Positions 22,755 through 34,700 of a stretch of 64,000 bases of DNA are shown piece by piece. Each line of letters starts with the position of its first letter. Positions within the stretch are counted from its first letter, which is position 1. Made by a program: the position numbers and the translations under genes. The DNA is taken from assembly GCA_002269645.1 (NCBI GenBank), contig NIVC01001843.1:62001-126000 (forward strand). Reading direction: 5' to 3'. This stretch comes from Macrostomum lignano. Lineage: Eukaryota. The notes beneath the pieces are model-generated. The model was not told where the DNA came from. It made no database searches and saw nothing but the letters and a program-made list of their open reading frames with translations.

Positions 22755-25700
22755 TCAAACAAAGCCGAACCCCTTGGTGTGGATGGCCAGCAGCAGCTTA
22801 GCCCGCAGCACAGTCTTGCTGCTGTACAGCGGAATGTACAGCCGGCTGATGCAGGTGTTAGCAGTGGGCAGGTGGTTGTCCTCAGCAGGCCGCACAGTTA
22901 CGCTGGGCATCGGCTGGAAGCCTTCAGCGCTGGCTGGCAGAGCCGGACTGGAAGTCCAAAAGTACAGCAGGTCCTGACGCTGCTGATGAGTGAGCTTGGC
23001 TGCTACAGACCAGAACCATTTTTTGAACCGGAGCACCCGATCGGCTGGCTCTCCGGACTCGTCGTTGAAGCTGGTGTAGCGCTGCAGAGCGCACAGGTCG
23101 ATCTCGCCGACGCCGCAGAGCAGCAGGCGGAAGTCTTCGGAGGTCAGGCCGTCCAGCGCCGTCCGTGGCAGCACGTCGAACAGGCCCAATCGGAGCTGTT
23201 CTAGCGGCTCTTGAGCAGCTTTGAGTAGCTTGTATTCGCATATTTTTGTCACGTATTCTTGCACGTTGGTCTTGTTTACGTAGGTCTGCGGGTGGTGAGA
23301 CGGTTTAATATCAATTGACCTTCAAATGATACCCCACGATGAAACCGATGAACCCTACGATGAGCCCTACGTTCTCAGAGACGTCGTCAAAGAGTCTCCT
23401 AAGATCAGAGTCAAGTTCAGGCGTTGTATTGTCTGCGACCCTGGGACGACTCAAGTGACTCTGTGATGAATCATGTGACTCTGGGATGACCCGTTGGAAA
23501 AGTTATGCACCTGCAGAGGCATAAAAGGTGAGCGAGGTGCACAAAAGAGGCACTTTAGTGGCCCATTTCGTGCATGTTTTGGAAATGCACCTGAGTGCAC
23601 CTTTTATGCCTAAATGTCACCAATATTTTTGAAAAGAGGCATGAAAGGTGTAAAATCGGTGAAGTGGTCAGGCAGTAGGTGAATTCTCAATTTTGATTGG
23701 TTGCGGTGGTAGGGGCAGTAAAGGTGTATAAGGGGCACTGGAGTTGCGCAAAAGGTGAAAAGGAGGCACATCAGATGCACGGGAGGTGCTGAAGGGGCAC
23801 AGAAAGCGCATGAAAGGTGAATCAGAGGTGCATAAGGTGTACATGTGCGTAAATATGTATATAGGTGCATTTCCAAAACACGCTCGAAATATACTCCTAA
23901 AGTGCCTCTTCTGTGCACCTCGCTCACCTTCATGCCAATGCACGAATTAACGCATTAATAAATCGTAACAAAAAATAAACTGAGAATGAGAAGCTTTATT
24001 TACACCTATACTAATCGCTTCTATCCCCTTCCTGATCCTGACAAACCACTAAACTAAACATTTCCTATACTGATTAAGTTTTAATGACTTTCAAATACTC
24101 AGGAAAAGTTCCAAAAAGTGATTAAAAGGCTTGCATTAGTGAGGAAAAATTTCCAATAGTGAGAAAAGGTAGCAAAGAACTTCGCCAGTTGAAACTTTAA
24201 CGCCCCTTGCATTGCCTCTACGCCTAAAGTGCCCACTGTGCACCTTTTATTCACCTTTTGTGCCTCCAGTGCACACTGTACACTTTTTATGCACCTCCAC
24301 CGCAGCGCACCTTTTATTCACCTTTCACTCCTCCACCAATGCCCCCAATTCCTACTTTGTTCACCTTTTGTGCCTCAACGCACACTGTGCACCTTTTATG
24401 CACCCAACTCCCCTATGACACCTGTGCCCCTACCGCCTATTTTGTGCCTTAAATTCACCTTCTGACCCTGCAGAGGCACTCAGGTGAACAAAAGGTGCAC
24501 AAGTGGCACAAAATAGGCATAAGAGAGGCGAAAGTGAGGCAGAAGGTGCAAAACTCTGCACCTTTCGTGCCTACTTTAAAAACTCAAAATCCAACGGGTG
24601 ACTCATGTGACTCTGGGATGACTCAAGTGACTCTGTGATGACTCAAGTGACTCTGTGATGACTCAAGTGACTCTGTGATGAATCATGTGACTCTGGGAGG
24701 ACTCAAGCGACTCTGGGATTACTTAAGTGACTCTGGGATGACTCAAGCGATTCTGGGATGACTCAAGTGACTCTGGGATGACTTAAGCGAGTCTGGGATG
24801 ACTCTAGTGACTCTGGGATGACTCTAGTGCTACTTTGATGACTCTAGTGACTCAGTGATGACTCAAGTGACTCTGTGATGACTCATCCCAAAACTCAGTG
24901 ATGACTCAAGTGACTGTGTGATGACTCAAGTGACTCTGTAATGACTCAAGTGACTCTGGGATGACTCAAGTGACTCTGTGATGACTCTAGTGACTCTGTG
25001 ATGACTCAAGTGGCTCTGTGATGACTCAAGTGACTCTGGAACGACTCTGATGACTCTGTGATGACTCATGTGACTCTGTGATGACTCAAGTGACTCTGGG
25101 ATGACTCTAGTGACTCTGGGACGACTCTAGTGACTCTGGAATGACTCAAGTGACTCTGGAATGACTCATGTGACTCTGGGATGACTCATGTGACTCTGGG
25201 ACGACTCAAGTGATTCTGGAATGACTCAAGTGACTCTGGAATGACTCAAGTGACTCTGGGATGACTCAAGTGACTCTGGGATGACTGTAGTAACTCTGGG
25301 ATGACTCAAGTGACTCTGGGATGACTCAAGTGACTCTGGGATGACTTAAGTGATTCTGGGATGCGTGTAAAGTGCAATATGGCGTCGCTTAATGAAATAC
25401 AAACGCATTTTTGTCGTTTAATCAGCCCAAGTAGTTTCTTGACCTTGAAACGATCTCTAATAATATCTACACTTGACCTTCAATCAACCTTTAAAATATG
25501 ATAAATGCTTCGAATAATCAGCACATAACTAACCTGGTGCCCATTGTGAATCAGCGGATGGGTACCGCCGCCCTCTTCTGCGCGCAGGTCGACAGTGAAT
25601 GTGAGCTCCAGAGCGGCCAGAGTGTCCGGCTCAGTCTCAGCGTACAGTAGCAACTGTCGCAGGCTCTCGTATGTAGTGGGACAGTAGAATGCCATATCGT

Positions 25701-28700
25701 GGAAGTGCAACTGCCGGCCTAGCAGATACTTGAGCACGTGGCGGGACAGCTGCAGCGGGCACAGATCGTTCTGCAGTAGGCAGAGGCCCATCACGCGGCC
25801 AACATTGCGATAGGCGCAGTTCACTAGCGACGGCTTGCGGACTCTGCGGGGGTGGGGGGCAGGGGGGCAGGGGATAATGATCCCTCAGCTTCACCTAAGC
25901 TTCACCAGTCTCTCCGTTCAAGTGGGCATGCTCAAACACGCGCAGAATTACCAATGTTCTGCCACTAATAACACAAGGTTTTCAAATCACGTGACAGCTT
26001 ATTTTCCGTGAAATAGAACGTGATTAATAAACAATAGATATTTCGTGACAATGAGCCCGAACACACACACACACTCACACACAACTTGAGCATTAGGATT
26101 TGGATTTTATTGTGAGAACGATGAGAATTAAAGCCGCTAGCTAAACTAGACAGGAAAAAATAGACATCAAAGACGCCAACCGGCTTTAGCGCGCTACAAA
26201 AGCTGTTTTATTTTCTGCAGCTGATTTGGATGGAGACAGTAGCGCCGACACTTCAGAACAATACATTGTGCGGCATCTCAGAAGGGTGAGGAGCTCTCAA
26301 GAATTGTGACTAGGTAAAGAACTCCCAGTTCCCAGTTCATATATAGTAGCTAAAGGGGAAATCTGTTAATAGGGAATTCCCAACTACTCCACTGACATAA
26401 TCCCAAAATGAGTCAGTTCCCCTGACACGATCCCCAAATGAGTCAGTTCCCCTGACACGATCTTCAAATGAGTCAGTTCCCCTGACACGATCCCTATGAT
26501 GAGTCAGCTTCCCTGACATCATCCTCACATGAGTCAGTTCCCCTGACACGATCCTCAAATGAGTCAGCTCCCCTGACACGATCCCCATAATGAGTCAGTT
26601 CCCCTGAAATGAACCCTAAATGAGTCAGTTCCCCTGACACGATCCTCAAATGAGTCAGTTCCCCTGACACGATCCCTATGATGAGTCAGCTTCCCTGACA
26701 TGATCCCCAAAATGATTCAGCTCCCCTGACGTAATCCCCAAATAAGTCAGTTGCTCTGAAACGATCCCCATAATGAGTCAGCTCCCCTGACACACACGAT
26801 CCCCAAATGAGTCAGCTGCCCTGACACACACGATCCCCAAATGAGTCAGCTCCTCTGACATACACGATCCCCATGATGAGTCAGTTCCCCTGACACGATC
26901 CTCAAATGAGTCAGTTCCCCTGACACGATCCTCAAATGAGTCAGTTCCCCTGACACGATCCCTATGATGAGTCAGCTTCCCTGACATGATCCCCAAAATG
27001 ATTCAGCTCCCCTGACGTAATCCCCAAATAAGTCAGTTGCTCTGAAACGATCCCCATAATGAGTCATCTCCCTTGACACACACGATCCCCAAATGAGTCA
27101 GCTCCCCTGACACACACGATCCCCAAATGAGTCAGCTCCCCAGACACACACGATCCCCAAATGAGTCAGCTCCCCTGACACACACGATCCCCATAAAGAG
27201 TCAGCTCCCCTGACACACACGATCCCCATAAAGAGTCAGCTCCCCTGACACACGATCCCCAAATGAGTCAGCTCCCCTGACACACACGATCCCCAAATGA
27301 GTCAGCTCCCCAGACACACACGATCCCCAAATGAGTCAGCTCCCCAGACACACACGATCCCCAAATGAGTCAGCTCCCCAGACACACACGATCCTCAAAT
27401 GAGTCAGCTCCCCAGACACACACGATCCCCAAATGAGTCAGCTCCCCAGACACACACGATCCCCAAATGAGTCGATATAAAACCGCGATCCCCACCTTGG
27501 CGAGTAGTAGCCCCGTTTGCCGGGCTGCCAGAACAACGGGCAGAGCTCCTCCTCTTCCTCTTTGCTCAGCGACGACACGCCCGACTGTTGGCCAAAGCCG
27601 GCCACCATCGCTTCAATCAGCGGCGAGCCGCTGCTGCCACCGCCGGTTGCCGAACTGGAGGAAGCCGCGGCTGATGCACTGTTAGAAGAGGCAGCCGCGG
27701 CGGCTGCCTGATGCAGCACCTCCTGCTCGTCGATGATCTCTTTGGCTTCGTCGACGCGCTGACGAAGACCATCTTCGTTAGCTAGCAGTAGCAGCAGGTG
27801 AGAGCTGGGCAGGTCCAGCAGCATTCCGGTGATCTTGCCCGCGTGGTCCGGCTGGAGCTGCGCCACCTGGGGAAAGCAGGTGAGGGTTGTTAATTAGCAC
27901 ACTATTGTTGGCTTATTGTTGTTAAATAGTTTCCAACTGGGAAATCTCACCCTAGTAGATCTATACAAACTGGGAAATCTCACCTTAGTAGATCTATACA
28001 AACTGGGAAATCTCACCCTAGTAGATCTATAACAACTGGGAAATCTCACCCTAGTAGATCTATACAAACTGGGAAATCTCACCCTAGTAGATCTATACAA
28101 ACTGGGAAATCTCACCCTAGTAGATCTATAACAACTGGGAAATCTCACCCTAGTAGATCTATACAAACTGGGAAATCTCACCCTAGTAGATCTATACAAA
28201 CTGGGAAATCTCACCCTAGTAGATCTATAACAACTGGGAAATCTCACCCTAGTAGATCTATACAAACTGGGAAATCCCACCCTAGTGGATCTATAACAAC
28301 TGGGAAATCTCACCCTAGTAGATCTATAACAACTGGGAAATCTCACCCTATTATATCTATACAAACTGGGAAATCTCACCCTAGTAGATCTATAACAACT
28401 GGGAAATCTCACCCTAGTAGATCTATAACAACTGGGAAATCTCACCCTAGTAGATCTATAACAACTGGGAAATCTCACCCTAGTAGATCTATAACAACTG
28501 GGAAATCTCACCCTATTATATCTATACAAACTGGGAAATCTCACCCTAGTAGATCTATAACAACTGGGAAATCTCACCCTAGTAGATCTATAACAACTGG
28601 GAAATCTCACCCTAGTAGATCTATAACAACTGGGAAATCTCACCCTAGTAGATCTATAACAACTGGGAAATCTCACCCTAGTAGATCTATAACAACTGGG

Positions 28701-31700
28701 AAATCTCACCCTAGTAGATCTATAACAACTGGGAAATCTCACCCTAGTAGATCTATAACAACTGGGAAATCCCACCCTAGTAGATCTATAACAACTGGGA
28801 AATCTCACCCTAGTAGATCTATAACAACTGGGAAATCTCACCCTAGTAGATCTATACAAACTGGGAAATCTCACCCTAGTAGATCTATAACAACTGGGAA
28901 ATCTCACCCTAGTAGATCTATAACAACTGGAAATCCCACCCTAGTGGATCTATAACAACTGGGAAATCTCACCCTAGTAGATCTATAACAACTGGAAATC
29001 CCACCCTAGTGGATCTATAACAACTGGGAAATCTCACCCTAGTAGATCTATAACAACTGGAAATCCCACCCTAGTAGATCTATAACAACTGGAAATCCCA
29101 CCCTAGTGGATCTATAACAACTGGGAAATCTCACCCTAGTAGATCTATAACAACTGGGAAATCTCACCCTAGTAGATCTATACAAACTGGGAAATCTCAC
29201 CCTAGTAGATCTATAACAACTGGGAAATCTCACCCTAGTAGATCTATAACAACTGGAAATCCCACCCTAGTAGATCTATAACAACTGGAAATCCCACCCT
29301 AGTGGATCTATAACAACTGGGAAATCTCACCCTAGTAGATCTATAACAACTGGGAAATCTCACCCTAGTAGATCTATACAAACTGGGAAATCTCACCCTA
29401 GTAGATCTATACAAACTGGGAAATCTCACCCTAGTAGATCTATAACAACTGGAAATCCCACCCTAGTAGATCTATAACAACTGGAAATCCCACCCTAGTG
29501 GATCTATAACAACTGGGAAATCTCACCCTAGTAGATCTATAACAACTGGGAAATCTCACCCTAGTAGATCTATAACAACTGGAAATCTCACCCTAGTAGA
29601 TCTATAACAACTGGGAAATCTCACCCTAGTAGATCTATAACAACTGGGAAATCTCACCCTAGTAGATCTATAACAACTGGAAATCTCACCCTAGTAGATC
29701 TATAACAACTGGGAAATCTCACCCTAGTAGATCTATAACAACTGGAAATCTCACCCTAGTAGATCTATAACAACTGGAAATCCCACCCTAGTGGATCTAT
29801 AACAACTGGGAAATCTCACCCTAGTAGATCTATAACAACTGGAAATCTCACCCTAGTAGATCTATAACAACTGGAAATCCCACCCTAGTAGATTTATAAC
29901 TAAGAAATCTCACCCTAGTAGATCTATAACAACTGGAAATCTCACCCTAGTAGATCTATAACAACTGGGAAATCTCACCCTAGTAGATCTATAACAACTG
30001 GAAATCTCACCCTAGTAGATCTATAACAACTGGAAATCCCACCCTAGTAGATTTATAACTAAGAAATCTCACCCTAGTAGATCTATAACAACTGGAAATC
30101 CCACCAGAAATGAGTGTTGAACACTCCCAAACCTTGAGTGTGGGAGTGTTCAACACTCCCAAAATGAGTGTTGAAAATCGGTTTCTCAACTTTGGTAATT
30201 AAGAAATCCCGAAATAATGTTTAATTAACAATCTAAAGAGAAATTTAATAGCCCACTACTTAAAAAACTACACACAGAGTTAGTTGTCACAATTTTAATA
30301 ACCCTAAATAAAACCTGTATTCAAATCTCAGGTTTCACCACACACAGCCCACAACAAAAAACCAACCTTGGGAAACAGTCGATCGCCAATCTGCCGTTTC
30401 CTACCGGCACTACTGGCCGGTGTGTAGGGCGCGGCCGAATAGGACAGGGTGCGGCCGTATCGCCGCATGCGCTGGCCTACAGCGGTACGACTGCTAGTGG
30501 TATAGGACGGCCTATTGCTGTACACAGCTTCCATTGGTAGGCGCTCGTCCGAGGATACGGCCTCGACAAATGCCGTGTAGAAACTTCTAGCAACACCGGA
30601 GCCTTCGCCGGCTTCGTCTTTGAACGTGACTTTCACTCGATGACAGGCCAGAGCGGGACTGGGGCCGCCGTGCCGACGGTAGAACTCTTGGTTGAGCTGC
30701 TTGAACGTCTGCGGCAGCAGGCTCTGACGGTCGCGCTCCACCTTTGGGTTGATGGAGTTGAGTGCGCAAATAAGCTGGGCTAATAGGCTATTAGTGACAC
30801 AGATGGGACATGGGCTGTGTGAGATCACGTGATCAGGGAGGTCAGTGAGTATTAAGGAGAGTCAGCAAGGGGGTCAAGCTATCAGGAGAGGATCAAATGA
30901 CAGGAGATCCACTGAAGAGGGGTCAGGGACCTACTGAAGGGGGTCAGGGACCTACTGAAGGGGGTCAGAAGACCTACTGAAGGGGGTCAGGAGACCTACT
31001 GAAAGGGGGTCATAAGACCTTACTAAGGCGGTCAATAAGACGATAAGGGTAGGAAGTGAATACCTTAAAAAACTACGAATATTAAGCAACAGGGGAAACA
31101 GGAGAAGCTAAAGCCTTCAGGCAAGCACTAATCACTAGTATTGAGAATACTTGAGCACACTATTGATTAGAAATAAGAAATTGCTAGAACCCCAAACAAA
31201 AACCATACGTTGCGTTAATGTAAGAGAAAAACAGAATTGAAAAATAATGACAATAAAGGAGCCGAGAGAATAGAGAAAGGAGACGACGAAAGAGAAAGAA
31301 TTAGGCCGTGCCAGTTACGCAACCAGTTTCAAACCTTTGCGCGGTTGGCTAGGTCCAATTATATGCCAAGGCTCTCTTTGTTTCCTACATAATAGTCTTA
31401 GACAGATGTAGTGGAGGCTTATAATATATAAGCAGAGGTTGTAGAAAGAGTGTTAATAACGGGGAGCTGAAATCTTTATTGAGAACAGCCAGTTGATAGA
31501 CCGATCAAGAGTATACTCAATGTGCATGTTATTAAAACTGGTCTCTTAATCCAACAGGAAGAGATGCCTTCAATTCAAGCCAGCGTGAAATTCACCCTAA
31601 AACAGCTTCAGCTTTCAGTGATGCAATCCCAGCCCGAGTTTAGAGGTAAAGCTTATTATATATACATTATCCTGCAGCTGCGCGGTACAGGTGCGCGAGA

Positions 31701-34700
31701 CTGAAGATAATTATATATAATACGAGACTTAATACTATTACGTAACGGTAACGCAAGCTAATACGCAGAGATGATGACAGATAGCAAACAAGCATCGACC
31801 AGCTGATAATAACTCATTGGTTTGCATCCCCGTGTGTATTTCGTATTAGAAGAATTTCGTATTTGAGCATGGCGAATGAGAGTGAATTTTTTTTGTTTGG
31901 TCCATCGCGCTGACTCAGTTTGAAATTCAATACGAAATTCAACTGCATAGCCAAATCATAATGGCTTTTTGCTAATAACCGCTGATGAGATGATTGCGAT
32001 GGATAGTGGAACTGCAGAAGCCAGCCTAGCTCGTTCTTTGTTCTGCTAGATTCAGGTTAAGGACAGAAAAAAGAATCTACATTTATATCATGACCGCGGG
32101 TTGATGACAAATGAGACAAGAGAGAAAGGATGTAAGAGAAGAAGAGAGAAGGGGAGAGAAGAATGAAGAGAAGAGGGGGGGGAGAGAAGAGGGAAGAGAG
32201 GAGGGGAGAGAGGTGAGGAGAGGCTAAAGAGAAGAGAGGGGAGAGAGAAAAGGGATGAGAGGAGAGAACAGAGCTGAGAAGAGGCATAAACCATGAGAGG
32301 GGGCAGATGGAATTGTGAAGTTTCAAATGACCAGAGGTCTGGGTAGGGGCTTTGCGAGCTGGAGTTGGCCGACCTAGACTTTAAATTCACAAGTTCCGAA
32401 ACAGGTGAGTAGTTTAACGATCTACACGAAAGTCGGAAGTGTTCAATAAACATCAAATTTACATATTTTCTGTCCTCAGTCTACATATAAGAGAATAAAA
32501 CGACGTGAAAGCATCTTTGCTAGGAAATACACGCGAATCTAAAACATTTGGCCGGAAATGAGGGATAAATTTTCTCCGCATATACACACACAGTAAGGCA
32601 ACGCTGACAGACGGATGGACCTGGGAGAAACCGATCGGCTTTGAGACATATCCTCTATTTAACGTCAGTCCGGATATATTGACAATTTCACCGCTGAGTC
32701 AGTTGCTTTGAGTTCCTCAGCAAAAATATGTCAAAAACCTTCATGAGGATTGAAAGACAATAGAGGAAAGACAGCGGGGGATTGAGGCTAGGGGAAGAAA
32801 GTGTGTCTCTGGTCTGGATGGCGCCGGAGAATAGCATCTAAGCAGGAGAGGGGGAACGCTCTGAAGAACTGAAATTCCATAACATTTTATCTAGAAATTC
32901 CAGCTGAGTTTTAGAAGAAACAATAGAAGGAAACAATGGAAAGAAAAAAATTGACAGGTAGAGAGAGAGAAATCTCCCTTAAAGGGAGAATTAATGAAAG
33001 CCATATGAAATAATTTATTGGCAAGTTGAACGGTTTCAGAAGGAAAATGACGAAAGTTTTTTTCATGAACTAAGAGCATGCCTGAAAGTCTAAAGAACTG
33101 GGAGCCCGGAGTTTAAGATACTCTGCACCAGGTGCGCAAGTTAGTTAAGCACATGCAAACAGCGGAGATGCAGATTAGATTAAAAAACTGCTATTACAAG
33201 CTGCAAGGGTTTGCAGTTCGCAGACGAAAAATTCGAGGCCCGAGAAGCTGTACAAGCTGATAGGCGAGGAGAGCCACTAAGACGGAGCCTCAGAAACTCA
33301 GCAGGCCGTGAATTATGAATAGGCAATAACCCTTCCTCTCTTCACGCTGGGCATACGGGCGGAATCTTTTTCTTGTCCGTCTTTTTCCCTTGCTCCCCCA
33401 TTAAACGCCTTGAGACTAAGAGGGAGGGTAAGAGCGGTAACAGCGGCTTGGTTTTAAGTTGCTCATGTCGACGCGAATCAATTTTCTTTAGTTTAGCTAC
33501 ACCGGCCTGTTAACTCAGTAATAATTTAAGCGAAATAATAGTCAGGCTTATCCGATGGATAAATTTTTATCAAGAGTCAGATTTCAGCATCAACCTTCAT
33601 ATCTGCTGAGTTGCATCTCCCGGATTTCAGATTGAAAGCATTGCCCAGACAGACTGTCAGACTGGCATAGCAAGCCACCAGCCAATAGGACAGCTGGATT
33701 TAACCTCATCGCATTCTCTATATTTCATCCAATCTCTCGCGTCCGCTGCTTTAATAAAACTCGAGCGACGGTCTTTCTAAAATCATTTCTCGACGCGGCT
33801 ACAGAGGTTGGAATAATTAAAAAGCACGGAACGTCAAAACTTTCTTATATATTTTTGGTCCCTTGACACTTTCTCAATCAGTCCTAGGTTGAATCAAGGC
33901 GATTGGAGATTCCAAGATTGAAGAAACGATACCGGATCGCGATTTGCAATTCAAGGAGGCAGAGAGCAATACTGTTTGCATAAGCCGGCCAGTTTCCACT
34001 ATAGTCCGACACTCGAGCGGGATAGGAGATATCTATCAACAGTCGCAAGAATCTATAATGCCTCGATTGCTTGCTGATTGGCAAAGCGAGAAAGAGAAGC
34101 GACTTGACTAACAATTGCCTTCTCCAAGCTATATCATACTCAGTATCCAAGCTCAAGTCGATCCAGAAAAAGAAGGAAGAAATTCATCGATCAACAAATC
34201 TATCCAGTTCACTGATATGATCTGCCAGCCATCGTCTTCTTCAGCAGCGGCAGCAGCTGCGGCAATAGGCGCCGGAGTAGCATCAACATCGGCTTCTACA
34301 ATGACAACGCCGCTTACGTCCAGTTCTCGACATCGCCGACAACGCCAGCCGCAACGCTGGGGCTGGCGTCAACGGTTTACCTCGCCGGATCATTTTGTAT
34401 TCAATGCGTTCATCATACTAGTCCTAGCCAGTGGACTAATTGTTATAGAAAGCTTTCAATTCTTTTTCTGCTACTTGGCTAATTTAGACTGTCTAGATCT
34501 GTACGGCAGTCCGCCGGCGGCGGTACTCTATGGCTCGGGTTTAATAATTGGCGTCTACCTGCTTCTACCAGGAGTACTCTGCCTGATAGCAGCTAGACGA
34601 GCGCCGGGCGTAATTGAAACAGCCATGTGGACATGCATCATCGGCATATTGTTAGTCATAATACTATTGGCGACAACAGTGTTCGAAGTGTCTCAATACG

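Noticed and set aside
20937-22762. Leu/Ser/Pro-rich minus-strand ORFs (227, 184 and 141 aa)
   Set aside because: Translations of GA-rich satellites.
27894-28907. 337-aa ORF of [11 protein letters not shown] repeats (also 29048-29429)
   Set aside because: By-product of a 33-bp unit (a multiple of 3) lacking a stop in one frame; it lies in a UBR5 intron and has no unique coding sequence.
30110-30175. Nested palindromes gagtgttgaacactc / gggagtgttcaacactccc at the end of the 33-bp array
   Set aside because: Real but very short; no second copy or TSD in the window to support an element.
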